Assembly (NCBI RefSeq): GCF_963921235.1
Contig: NC_086098.1
Location: forward strand, 3,720,001 to 3,784,000
Source of the DNA: Mobula hypostoma
Lineage: Eukaryota
DNA length: 64,000 bases
Direction of reading: 5' to 3'
Position 1 is the first letter of the stretch, and the number at the start of each line of letters is the position of its first letter. The translations under genes were made by a program, and so were the position numbers. The notes under the pieces were generated by a model. The model searched no databases. It was not told the origin of the DNA and saw nothing but the letters and a program-made list of their open reading frames with translations. Shown one piece after another: positions 51,575-64,000 of this stretch.

Positions 51575-52945
51575 AATGGGAAAATGCTTGAAGCTGTCAT
51601 AAAGGAAGAAATAGCGAAACATTTCGAAATGAGTGCTTCCATTAGACAGAAGCAGCATGGATTCAGAAAGGGCAGGTCCTGTCTGACAAACTTACTGGAG
51701 CTCTTTGAGGACATAATGAGTGCAGAGGATAGAGGGGAACAGGTGGATGTCATATACTTGGATTTCCAGAAGGCTTTCGATAAGGTGCCACAAAAGAGAC
51801 TTATAAATAAGGTGTGGATGCATGGAGTCGGAGGAAGTATATTGGCATGGATAGTGGATTGGTTAACCGATAGAAGGCAGAGAGTTGGTATAAATGGGTG
51901 TTTCTCCGGTTGGCAGTCAGTGGTGAGTGGGGTGCCGCAGGGGTCGGTGCTGGGCCCGCAGCTGTTCACCATTTACATTGATGATTTGGAAGAGGGGACT
52001 GAGTGTAGCATAGCAAAATTTGCTGATGATACTAAACTGAGTAGAAAAGCAAATTGTACAGAGGATGTGGAGAGTCTGTAGAGGGATATGGATAGGTTAA
52101 GTGAGTGGGCCAGGGTCTGGCAGATGGAATACAATGTTGGTAAATGCGAGATCATCCACTTTGGAAGGAATAATAGAAGAGCAGATTATTATTTAAATGG
52201 TGAAAGACTGCAGCATGCTATTGTGCAGAGGGACTTGGGAGTGCTTGTTCATGAATCGCAAGAAGTTGGTTTGTAGGTACAACAGGTTATTAAGAAGGCA
52301 AATGGAATGTCGGCCTTCATTGCTAGAGGGATTGAATTCAAGAGCAGGGAGGTCATGCTGCAACTATACAGAGTACTGGTTGGGCCGCACCTGGAGTACT
52401 GTGTGCAGTTCTGGTCTCCATACTTGAGGAAGGATATACGGGCTTTGGAGGCAGTGCAGAGGAGGTTCACCAGGTTGATTCCAGAGATGAAGGGGTTAAC
52501 CCATGAGGAGAGATTGAGTCGCCTGGGACTATACTCTCTAGAATTCAGAAGAATGAGAGGGAATCTTATAGAAACATACAAAATTTTGAAAGAGATAGGT
52601 AAGATAGAAGTAGGAAAGTTTTTTCCATTGGTAGGTGAGACTAGAACTAGGGGACATTGCCTCAAGATTCAGGAGAGAAGATTTAGTATGGAGATCAGGA
52701 GAAAGTGTTTTTCCCAGAGAGTGGTGAATCTGTGGAATTCTCTGCCCAGTGAAGCAGTTGAGGCTTCTTCAGTAAATATATTTAAGATACAGATTTTTAC
52801 ACAGTAGGGGAATTAAGGGTTATGGGGAAAAGGCAGGTAGATGGAGCTGAGTTTATGGACAGATCAGCTGTGATCTTATTGAATGGTGGGGTATGCTCGA
52901 TGGGCTGGATGGACTGCCCTTGCTCCTGTTTCTTATGTTCTTATG
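51575..52945 (+). mobile_element. CR1 3' half (RT) preceded by an inverted CR1 piece (51460-51574)
   Basis: QHGFRKGRSCLTNL, YLDFQKAFDKV, GVPQGSVLGP, KFADDTK; several stops. Confidence 0.92.
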
Positions 52946-53536
52946 ATAGTATATCTTTCCTCAAGTCAGGAGACCACACTGCGCACGGTACTCCAGTAGA
53001 TTTCTGTATAACCTCCATGCTCTTAAATTCAATCTGGCTAGCAATGAGGGACAACATTGCATTTGCCTTCTTGACAAACCTCTGTCAAAAGACAAGTGTG
53101 AGGAAATTGTGGTATATCTGCCGAGCCTGGTCTGACTCTATCAAGGTGACAGCTTGGGGCAGTGTATTCGCAGGAAGGGCATATTGATCCTAATATTTAT
53201 CGCACATTTGATGTCTGCCTGTCTGTCTTTGTGTTGTGTTTTTCATGGATTCTGTTGTGTTTGTTTTGTGGCTGCCTACAAGAAGATGAACCTCATGATG
53301 ATTATATAAGGTATACACACTTTGAACTTGGAGTCTACAACCCTGAGCAGCCTCTTGCAATGCTGTGCATTGGAGGTTTCATGCCAGTCCTAATGAAGAG
53401 CCTCAGGTGAAAACATCGAGTGAATAATGCTACTGTTTTTTTTCGAATGAGTGTCAGTTTGAAACTTGTCAGCTTCCCATTGTGGAATCTGTCTGAACTG
53501 AAGTTAAGATGATGAAAAGAGAAAAGCTGTGTATAG

Positions 53537-54364
53537 TGTTATGTACCCCTAGGGGACCTGAATTACCCCAACGAATTGTGCTTTTAAAAAGAAAGAGAGA
53601 GAGTTGTGGAACAAAGACAGCTTGTTAAAGAGAGAGAGAGAGAGAGGCAAAGATGGCTTGGAGATGGTGTTATGGTTTCTGTGCAGCATGTTTACACTTC
53701 TGCAAGGACACTGGCAGCTTCCAAGTTCTTACAGAGCAAGAAAGGAGGAGCTGCTTGATGGACGGCTGGTGTTCAGCACGGTGAGATAAATAGAAGGTCA
53801 GCTGTTAGACCTACAGACACATGGTTTTGGACACTGAATGAGCTTTGTTGTGCCCACAGAAAAGCTGGGTTTTGGAGGATTGATCAGGCGGATCGATCAG
53901 TGGCTCTCGCAGTGTGAAAAGGGTGTGACTGGTGGGGAGTTATTCTTGTGTCCAACCCTTGCCTGGGTTGATAATTCCACCACAGAAGAACGATCCCCTT
54001 TGTTGTGGTCACAGTCGGTGACTTCTAAAGGAATTCGGAGGACAACGGGAAGATCGACAGCATCAGCTCACCTGAAGAACCAAACACCTCTCTCTCTCCA
54101 TCACTACTCAACTCAATATCACGAACTGAACTGAACTTTATTCTTCTTTGTAAGACTATCTATTTACCCCTAGACTTGAAGAAGCTTGGTTTTCATATAT
54201 AGTTCCACACTTATATATAATCATTGCTAACCTGTTTTATCTATCTGATTTTATATTACTGTATTGCATAGTTACTAATAAATACCATTAGTTAATAGCA
54301 ATACTGGACTCCAAAGTGTTTTCCATTTCTGCTGGATCTTTAACCCGTCACAGGGTGCGTGACA
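53537..54364 (+). mobile_element. Solo LTR (Gypsy-like), sense orientation in intron 2
   Basis: TGTTAT...GTGACA termini; perfect 4-bp TSD atag at 53533-36 and 54365-68; AATAAA near 54277. Confidence 0.92.
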
Positions 54365-54641
54365 ATAGAAAGAGACAGGCAATTTTGTCCAATGGATTAC
54401 TGCCCGGTGATGATTGTCCCCATGTCCCTGTTTAAGTATCATAAAGATTTATTCTAATTATTCACTTCAGGAAAGTGCATTTTAATTACCAGAGTGGCTT
54501 TGAACTTTCACGGAAACCTGTTTGACAGTTACTAAATGGGTTTTGCTGTCACGTTTCTGAAACATGATCATGATTTGAGACCCCAAATATATTTTCACTA
54601 ATCTGCTGGATGTTAAAATTAATACCATATGTTCTTTTAAG

Positions 54642-54767
54642 GTTGCTTCTAAGATTGGATCCTTCCCCTACGTGCTTTGGAGCTGACACAGTGGATATAT
54701 TTGGCTTTCAGTGGGTGACTGAAATGGCGCTTGTCGAATCACCACATCTTCTGTTTGGCTTACTGAG
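54642..54767 (+). CDS. Second coding exon (126 nt, phase 2-2) of the unidentified host protein
   Basis: Acceptor gttcttttaag|G and donor GAG|gtataa; (R)LLLRLDPSPTCFGADTVDIFGFQWVTEMALVESPHLLFGLL(R), in frame with 44342-44517. Confidence 0.85.
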
Positions 54768-54869
54768 GTATAAGTGCTTGAAATACAGGAATGATTAAAT
54801 TTTCATATGACCTGAAAGAATGTGTAGAATCTATTATATTATCAAAAGCATTCTGAATGTAGGATTAGC

Positions 54870-55270
54870 TTATTGTTCCCCCTTTTCTCTTCTCTTCACC
54901 AGCCTTTCACCTTCCTCAGGTGTCACTGTCCATCCCTTTCTCCTATGATTCACTCTTCTATCAGATTCCTTCTTCAGCACTTTACCTTTTCCATCTATCA
55001 CCTCCCAGCTTCTCATGTCCCCACCCCTGCCCCACTTACCCACATCCCCCTCACCTAGTTTCACCTATCACCTTCTGGCTTGTTCTCATTTCCCCCCACC
55101 ACCCCCTCCCCATTCTGGTTTCTTCCCCCTTCCTTTCCAGTCCCTTTGAAGAGTCTCAACCAGAAACCTCGGCTCTATTAATTTCAATAGTTGCTGTCTG
55201 ACATGCTGAGTTCTTCCAGCATTTTGTGTGTTGTTCTGGGATTTCTAGCATCTGCAGGATGTCTCGTGTT
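54870..55270 (+). mobile_element. Aged PLE terminal repeat fragment
   Basis: Pyrimidine tract and ctgagttcttccagcattttgtgtg tail; hammerhead core degenerate. Confidence 0.75.
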
Positions 55271-57169
55271 GCATTATCGTATGCAATATTATAGGTATTA
55301 TCGTGGGTTCTGTTATTTAAGGATTAGTAATACTGCAGAACTGATTCCACTGGTAGTTTTTAAAGTAGAAAAATTACTTGAAGCTAATTTTAACCTGAGT
55401 GCATTTAACATGTTGAAAAGCAGTTTTAACTGTGCTTAACCAGCACTACATACACATTACCTAGCTTCACTTTATATACATACAGTCAGTTACGTACATT
55501 GTTTTTCTAGGATTGCTTTTATATTTATATTTTTTTGTTTTTATTGTCTTCTTTATGCTTATTGTGTTTTTATGCTGCATTGGATGTGGAGTAACAACCA
55601 TTTTGTTCTCCTTTACACTTGTGTGCTGAAGAATGACAGTAAACAATCTTGAGTTTTGAATCTTTACTCATTTGAATTTCACCACAAGTATACCTGATTC
55701 TGATTATGACCTTTCCCTTAATCACAATGCCTAGCACATTTGAGTTTATTGTCATCTGCAGAAATGTAACAGTATTGAGGATGTTTTGTTAATGTTATGT
55801 CCTTCAACTTGTAGTGCTAACCAGATTGTACAATTTATTTGTTGCTTATCATTGTGATCATGCATCTTATCATCTACACGAGCCTTTCTCAAACTTTTCG
55901 CCCTGGAGGAACCCTTGAAATAATTTTCAAGTCTTTGGGAACCCCTGTGTAAGAATTATTATATCAAGAGCTCACGGTACATTAGCGTGATCAGTAGTTG
56001 TAGATATAATAATCCAAAAATAATTGTCAATGCCTTTCGAGTAGAAAATGAATATTTAGTCAACCTTTCTTGAAAAGTACAGGTAGTTAAGCTTAGTTTA
56101 CCTTTCTTGAAATTAATCTCTTTCTTTCCCTTTCATAAATTTTAAGAACTCATTAGGGAAACATAGGAAATTTCTGTTAAGTAACTGGCTTAAGCCAAAA
56201 TGGGATTTAATTTTTCTAAAGATAGGCTCAGTAGATTTAATTTAGATAAAGGTTAGAAATTGATTTTATTAATTCTATTTACAACATGAAAATTTATTGA
56301 CAATGTTGAATAGTAAAGTTACAAAAAACCATAAGCCAAAGCAATATGAATTAAAATTTAGCCTAACACACAATTTTTTACAAAGCTTTGAAAAAACGTT
56401 TTCCTACTACGTGAAATACAGGCTTAGCATGTGAAACCTCTGATTTTAAATCTCTGCTGCCTTGCGGCCATACCCACCCATGGGAAAGACTTCGGGAGTA
56501 AACCCCGAGGAAGAAATCTGGAGCCCGTGTCCCTAAGGCAGTTTGATGTTGTTTACAACTTCACTCTGGCAACCTCTGTGACAACACTTGATGCCAAGCT
56601 GTATTGGCACTTGCCCTTCCCTTGGACTACATCAGTGACGTGGAGAGCAGGAATCGCCTGCATGGGCAACAGCCGGTTCTTCAAATCTTCCTGCCCAAGC
56701 TTGCGCCCTCGAGAGGACACAGTCCACCAGAGGCGCAAACCCATGATCCCCTGGGATCGACGTCTGCCTATCATGTGAAACCTGTGCTTGTTTTTTTGCT
56801 GCATAAATACTCAGTTATGGTCAGACTTGAGATAAGCACACACAGATTTCATTTCAACTGAAATGAGACAATTTTGATCCATACTCTTGATGCTTGTTAA
56901 ATAAGAAAAAGCTTGCTCACACATGTAAGAAGTTGAAAACTGCAGCAAAATGTTCACTGCTTTCCTATGAATGGCAAGATGCTCTTCTTTCACAGAAATC
57001 CAGAGCTTGTCCAGGGTCAGGTCATTAAATCTCATCTTGAGTACACGATCAGACTGCAACTCACAAAGTTGTTTCTCTTCTCTCAAAGTCAAGTTCTCAG
57101 GCTGAGTGGAAAATTCAGAGAAAGCGTCCCTCACCCAGTCATACACTTGTGTTGAAAGAGAGGAAAAAT

Positions 57170-57392
57170 ACTCTATCCTATCATTCTCCTATCATTTTGG
57201 ATCTCCCCCTCTGCCTCCCACTTTCAAATCTCTTACTAGCTCTTCTTTCAGTTAGTCCTGATGAAAGGTCCTGGCCCGAAACGTCGACTGTACCTCTTCC
57301 TAGAGATGCTGCCTGGCCTGCTGCATTCACCATCAACTTTGATGTGTGTTGCTTGAATTTCCAGCATCTGCAGAATTCCTTGTGTTTGCGAG
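57170..57392 (+). mobile_element. PLE terminal repeat with hammerhead motif at 57253-57290
   Basis: tagtc-ctgatga-aaggtcctggccc-gaaacgtc-gactg; the first stem II pair is mismatched. Confidence 0.82.
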
Positions 57393-58443
57393 GAAAAATG
57401 CTGTTCAATTTTGTTCTGCAGTTCTTCAAGGTTTTCAATACGACTCCAGACTTTCTGATATCCTTCTTCATTCTCAAGCCCAAGCAGCAGAGGAAACATT
57501 TTCAATATTTCCTTTTGCAACATGATTTTTCCAAAGATTCAGTTTCCTTTTATATCCAAGAATCAAGGACACGACCCACCAGCCAACAGACTTTTCGTCC
57601 CTCTTCCCTCCGGGAGAAGGTTCAGGAGCTTGAAGACTCGTACGGCCAGATTTGGGAACAGCTTCTTTCCAACTGTGATAAGACAGATCTGGGCCGTACC
57701 CTTCAAATATCCGGACCTGCCTCTCGGTTTTTTTGCACTACCTTACTTCCCATTTTTCTATTTTCTATTTATGATTTATAATTTAAATTTTTAATGTATA
57801 CTAATTTTAACTATTTTTAATATTTTAAATATTTAATATTTGTAATCCAGGGAGTGTGAAGCGCAGAATCAAATATCGCTGTGATGATTGTACATTCTAG
57901 TACCAATTGTTTGGCAACAGTAAAGTATAAAGTATAAGAATCTTGTCCCTTGAAGTCAAAACATTTTCTCCATGGCCTTGCAGTGGTTTGTGCAACTAGT
58001 TCATGTGATGAAAGATGTCTGTTAAGTAGGCTAGTTTCTGCAGCCATTCTTCATCTTCAAAGCACTCAGCAAAATCTGGCCTACTGTTTTCTTGAAAGTG
58101 CTCCTGTAATTCACCTTTCGGCTCAAACATCTTGATGAGAACTCTTCCTCTGCTAAGCCACCGGATTTCTGTATGTAACAAGAGATTGGTGTACTCTTTG
58201 TCCAGGTTTTCACACAGTTCTTTAAACATTCTCGGGTGAATTGATCTTTGCTTAATAAACTTAACCATTTTCGTCACATCATACAGAACTTTTTTCCAGC
58301 TCATCTCCAAGAGTTTTTGGCATCAGCACCTCTCTGTGAAGAAAGTAGTGTGTTGTGACAAGTCAGGATTTTATTTTTTCACAAGAGAAACGAAGCCTCT
58401 CATGGCGCCAATCATTGCTGGGACACCACCAGCACAGATGCCA

Positions 58444-61400
58444 TGAGATATAGAAGCAGAATTAAGGCCATTCATCCCTTCGAGTCTGCTCCGCCATTCA
58501 AACATGTCTGATCGCGGATCCCACAACCCCATATACCTGCCTTCTCACCATATCCTTTGATGCCTTGACCGATCAGGAAACTATCCGCCTTAAATATACC
58601 CATGGACTTGGCCTCCACTGCAGTGTGGCAGAGCATTCGACAGATTCACTAATCTCTGGCTAAAAAAATTCCTCCCTACCTCTGTTCAAAAAGGTCATTC
58701 CTCAATTTTGAGGTTGTGCCTTCTAGTTCTGAGTACCCTCACCATAGGAAACATCCTCTCCACATCCACCCTATCTAGTCCTTTCAACGTTCACTAAGTT
58801 TCAATGAGATCCCCCCCCGCGTCCTTCTAAATTCCAGTGAGTACAGGCCCAAGGCTGCCAAATGCTCCTCATATGTTAACCCCTTCATTCCCGGAATCAT
58901 CCTCATGAACTTCCTCTGGACTCTGTCCAATGACAACACATCCTTTCTGAGATATAGGGCCCAAAACTGTTGACGATACTTCGTGCAGCCTGACTGACTA
59001 GTGTCTTATAAAGACTCAGTAGTATCTCCTTGCTTTTATATTCTATTCCACTTGAAATAAATGCTGATATTACATTTGTCTTCCTTACCACAGACTAAAC
59101 CTGTAAGTTAAACTTCTGGGAGTCTTGCTAAGTCCCTTTGCACCTCTAATATTTGAACGTTCTCCCCAGTTAGATAATAATTTGCACTATTGTTCCTTCT
59201 ACTAAAATGAATTATCATACATTTCTCAACACTGTATTCCATTTGCTATCTTTTTGCCCATTCTTCCAATTTGTCAAAGTCTTGCTGCAGTCGCATTGCT
59301 TCCTCTGTACTACTGACCCCTCCACCTATCTTTGTGTCATCTGCAAACTTTGCCACAAAGCTGTCAATTTCATTATCTAAATCATTGACAAACGATGTGA
59401 AAAGTAGCGGCCCCGATACTTATTCCAGTGACACACTGGTCACCGGCAGCCAACCAGAAAAGGCCCCTTTTATTCCCACTCGCTGCCTCCTGCTGGTCAG
59501 CTATTCCGCTCTCTATGCCAGTATCTTTCCTGTAACACCATAGGATTTTATCTTGTTAAGCGGCCTCATATGTGGCACTTTATCAAATGCTTTCTGAAAA
59601 TCCAAGTAAATGACATCCACTGCCTCTCCTTTGTCCACCTTGCTTGTTACTTCCTCGAAGAACTCTTAACAGATTTGTCAGGCAGGATTTTCCTTCACAG
59701 AAACCATGCTGACTTTGACTTATTTTATCATTAGTCTCCAAGTACCTCGAAACCTCATCCTTAATAATAGACTAACACTTTCCCAACCACTGACGTTAGG
59801 CTAATCGGCCTGTAATTTCTTTCTTTTGCCTTCTTCTTTTCTTTAAGAGCGGAGTAACATTTGCAATTTTTCAGCCCATGCCTGAATCAAGTGAATCTTG
59901 ATAGATCATGATCAAAGCATCTGATATCTCTTCAGCAAACTCTCGTAGGCCTCTGGTATGTAGTTCATCTGGTCCAGGTGACTTATCTACCTTAAGACCT
60001 TTGAGTTTGCCTAGCACTTTTTCCTTTGTAATAGCGATGACACTCACTCCTTCTCCCTGACACTCACAGACCTCTGGCACACTGCTAAAGTCTTCCATAG
60101 TGAAGATAGTTGCAAAGTACCAATTAGGTTCATCTGCCATTTCTTTGGCCCCCATTACTACCTCACCAACATTATTTTCCAGTGGTCCAATATCAACTCT
60201 TGCCTCCATTTTACTCTTTATATAACTGAAAAAACTTCAGGTATCCTCTTTTATATTATTGGCTAGTCTGCACTTATATTTAATTTATTTCCCTTCTTAT
60301 AGCATTTTTTAGTTGCCTTTTGTTGGATTTTAAAAGTCTCCCAATGATCCAACTTCCCACTCACTTTTGCTACCTTGTATGCCCTTTCCTTGGCTTTTAT
60401 GCAGTCCTTAACTTCCTTTCTCAGCCATGATTGCCTACCCCTGCCATTTGAGAACTACTTCTGTGGGACATTTCTATCTTGCAACTTGTGAACTATTCCC
60501 AGAAGCTTCAGCCATATCTGCTCTGCCATTATCCCCGCCAGAATTCTCCTCCAATCTACCTGGGCAAGCTCCTCTCTCATGCCTCTGTAATTCCCTTTAT
60601 TCCATTGTGATACTGATACATGTGAGTTGCGCTTCTCCTTCACAAATTGAAGTATGAATTCAATCATATTATGATCACTGCCTCCTAAGGGTTCCATTAC
60701 ATTAAGCTCCCTAATAAGATCTGGATTATTACACAACACCCAATCTAGGATGGCCTTTCCCCAAGTAGGCTCAATTACAAGCTGCTCTAAAAATCTATCT
60801 CGTAGGCATTAAACAAATTCCCTCTCTTGCGAGCTGACACCAATGTGATTTTCCCAATCCCCTTACATATTGAAGTCCCCATTTTTTAGGCATCCTTTAG
60901 TCTCATGAGACCATGGATTTGTGCCTTGGAAAGTTTCCAGGGTGCAGGCCTGGGCAAGGTTGTATGGAAGGCCAGCAGTTGCCCATGCTGCAAGTCGCCC
61001 CTCTCCCCGCTACCGATGTTGTCCAAGGGAAGGGCATTAGGACCCATACAGCTTGGCACTGGTGTTGTCGCAGAGTAATGTGTGGTTAAGTGCCTTGTTC
61101 AAGGACATAACATGCTGCCTCAGCCAAGGCTCGAACTTCAAATCACTAGACGAACACCTTAACCACTTGGCCACATTACACGTTTTACATGCCTTTTCCA
61201 GCTGCCTTTGCAATCTCAATCTCACATCTCGGCTACTATTTGGAGGACAATATATGATTCCCATAATGATTTTTTTTTATCCTAGCAATTTCTTAACTCC
61301 ACCCACAAAGAGTCAATATGTTATCTCTTCCTAAAGATGTAATTCCATCTCTTACCAACAGAGCCACACCGCCGCCTACGCCTTCCTGTCTGTCCTTTCA

Positions 61401-62981
61401 TTACAAAGTATATCCTTTGATGTTAAGCTCCCAACTATGACCTTCTTTCAGCCACGACTCAGTGATGCCCACGGTGTCATACTGACCGATCTCTCATTGT
61501 GCCATGAGTTTGTTCACCTTATTCTGAAAGCTATGTGCATTTAAATACTGCACCTTTGGTCCTGCATTCTTTGCCCTTTTGAATTCTGCCTCTGTGGTAC
61601 AATTTAACTCTTTGCTCTGTCTGCATTTGTATCCAGTCATTGGCTTGTCCTTCCTTACATTTATGTTACACCCATCATCGACTTGTAAACCTGCTGGCTC
61701 ATCCTCAGCTCTGTCATACTGGTTCCCATCACCCTGACATATAAGTTTAAATCACTCCCAACAGCTCTAATAAATCTGCCTGCAAGAATATTTGTCCCCC
61801 TTGGATTCAAGTGCAACCCATCCCTTTTGTATAGGTCACCCCTGCTGCAGATGAGGTCCCAATTGTGCAGAAATCTGAATCGCTCCAATTCTTGAGCAAC
61901 ACATTTATCTGCTACCTCATTCTATTCCTATCCTCACTGCCGCATGGCACAGACAACAATCCCGAGATTACTACCTTTGAAGTTCTGCTTCTCAGCTTCC
62001 TCCCTAACTCCCTGTGTTCTGTTTTCTGGACCTCCTCCCTTTTTCTTCCTATTTCATTGGTATCAATATATACCATGACTTCTGGCTGCTCACCCTCCCT
62101 TTTTAGGATATTGTGGATGTGTCCAGAAACATCTCAGACCCTGGTACTACCATCCATGTTTCCTTTTGGTGCCCACAGAATCACCTGTCTGTCCCCCTGA
62201 CTACAGAGTCCCCTGCTACTGCTGCCATCCTCTTCCGTTCCCTATGTTTCTGAGCCACAGGGCCAGAGTCAGTGTCAGAGGCGTGGCCATTGTTGCTTCC
62301 CCCAGGTAAGTCGTCACCCCCCAACAGTACTCAAAATGGAGTACTTATTGTTGAGAGGGTTGGCCACCGGGATCCTCTCCACTTCTGACGTTCAACCTTC
62401 CTCTCCTGACAGTCATCCATTTATCTGTCTCCAGTAGCCTTGGGGTGACCACCTCCCTGTGGCTCCTGTGTATCACTGCCTCATTTTCACTAACAAGCCG
62501 AAGGTCATCAAGCTGCAGCTCCATTTCTCTAACATGGTCTCTGAGGAGCTGTATTTCAATGCACCTGGTGCAGATGTGGCCATTGGGGAGGCCAGAAGTC
62601 TCCTGGAAATTCCAGATCTGACACCCGGAGCAGAATGCTGGCTCTGCGTGCATACCCACTATTCTCTATAGAGTTAAATAAGGAATGAACTTGCCTTGCC
62701 TCTGCCTGCTCTCACCAAAGCCCTTTTGAGCCAAAGCCTTTCTACCCTGACTCAAGACTTCTCCGACGACAACTGCTCCTATAATGACTGCTCTGCTAGG
62801 TGGTACCTCTCTTTTATTGAGACTGGGTATTAAAAGCACTTTGTTGGACCTGTGCAGGAACGCTCCTGTTGTGCCTGCATGGTTCTCCAATCAACGACTC
62901 ATGTTGAAAAGCTTGCTGGTTTTTCAAGCTTTGTCAGATCTGCATGGGAACACTCCTGTTGCATCTGCACAGTTCTCCAAT
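58444..62981 (-). mobile_element. Near full-length decayed CR1 (5' UTR, ORF1, ORF2)
   Basis: ORF1 zinc finger CSGC...ICTRC plus coiled coil; esterase motif DLYKRDGLHLN; endonuclease and RT fragments; duplicated 5' unit at 62850-62981. Confidence 0.88.
60889..61174 (-). mobile_element. tRNA-derived SINE (same family as 49991-50289)
   Basis: Reverse-complement match, including the A and B boxes. Confidence 0.88.
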
Positions 62982-63165
62982 TGGCACAGTTCCTCCAAGG
63001 CAGACCCTTTGTTTCCAGATATGAAGACAAAGCATTAAATATATCTTGGCCTTTGCAACAGAAAAAAATTTTCTTGAATTTCACCATCATTTACAAATCT
63101 TACAAATGCTACAACATGACATTTATTGGTGAAATTTGTTGACTCATCAACCTGGATAGAGAAGC

Positions 63166-63800
63166 TCAAACAAGAGAAAATCTGCAGATGCTGGAAATCC
63201 AGAGCATCACACACAAAATGCTGGAGGAACTCAGCAGATCAGGCACCATCTATGGGAAAGAGTACAGCCGACGTTTCAGGCTGAGACCCTTCAGCAGGAC
63301 TGGAGAAAATTGATGAGCAGTAGATTTAAAAGGAGGGGGGACAGGACGAAGAAAGAGAAGGTGATAGGTGAAACTGGGAGGTGGGGAGGGTGAAGTAAAG
63401 AGCTGGGAAGTTGTTTGGTGAAAGAGACACAGGCTGGAGAAGGGCGAGTCTGCTGGAGAGGACAGAAGGCCATGGAATAAAGAAAAGGGTGGAGCAGCAC
63501 CAGAGGGAGGCACAGGCAGGCAAGAGGATAAGGCGAGAGAGGGAAATGGGAATGAGGTATGGTTGGGGGGGTGGGGGCATTACAGGAACTTGGAGATTCG
63601 ATGTTCATGCCATCAGGTTGGAGGCTACTCAGATGGAATATAAGGTGCTGTTCCTCCACCCCGAGTGTGGTCTCATCGCGATAGTAGAGGAGGCCATGCA
63701 CTCTGTCCATCAGAAGAAGTGTGATCTCCTAATATCTACCAATTTTAAATCCACTTTCCATTCCCTTTGGGATATGTCAATCCATGGCCTCCTCTACTGT
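63166..63800 (-). mobile_element. PLE 3' end (GIY-YIG C-terminus, terminal repeat, mutated hammerhead 63265-63302)
   Basis: VHGLLYYRDETTLGVEEQHLIFHLSSLQPDGMNIE; core reads CUGCUGA; a short inverted piece follows. Confidence 0.85.
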
Positions 63801-64000
63801 TTATTCGTTCCGTAGATGTTGCCTTACCTGCAGAGTTGATCCCTCTATGTTAGTCTCCCTCTATGCGTGTAATGATTTGTATGAACAGCATGTGTCAAGT
63901 GTTTCACTGTTGTTTTGGTACGCTTAAAAGCAATATACTAAAACAATTTAATATGATAGAGGACTTTGCCCAAACTTTATTGGAACCTTATCTTTGCTAT

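Larger units (their letters stand above)
55876..63165 (-). mobile_element. hAT (Charlie/Buster; ZBED5/FAM200-like) transposon broken by at least four insertions
   Basis: Fragments LLLHTEIRWLSRGRVL, EWLQKLAYLTDIF, LLQFSTSYMCEQAFS and GQDIFNALSSYLE; TIR-like gcctttctcaaactt near 55880. Confidence 0.85.

Noticed and set aside
56811..58310. Domesticated ZBED/FAM200/SCAND3-like gene
   Set aside because: Multiple stops, frameshifts and TE insertions; a dead hAT copy.

Overview
Eukaryotic, repeat-dominated DNA. The mix of CR1, Rex1/Babar and Penelope-derived short elements suggests a cartilaginous fish, probably a ray (inference). Most of the window is decayed or nested TEs: CR1 and Rex1-type LINEs, Penelope-like fragments, a Tc1, a Tigger/pogo, a shattered hAT, a Gypsy remnant with PNMA-like gag, two solo LTRs and SINEs. 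Almost all ORFs in the track are TE debris or microsatellite artefacts. A TE-free island (about 37150-40400) holds a CpG-rich promoter. It drives a + strand spliced gene for a protein I cannot name: non-coding exon ending 40207, then coding exons 44342-44517 and 54642-54767 joined in phase; no further exon was identified in the window. It probably also drives a divergent - strand transcript with a 312-nt exon carrying a 43-aa hydrophobic small ORF. The most notable non-genic signals are: (i) many minimal hammerhead ribozyme motifs in Penelope-derived repeats; (ii) a six-helix pseudoknotted RNA with hammerhead-like parts at 35175-35292; (iii) a non-coding element with long inverted LTR-like arms and a 5-bp TSD at 30074-32479. 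TE boundaries without a stated TSD or TIR are approximate, and family names come from motif recognition, not database searches.
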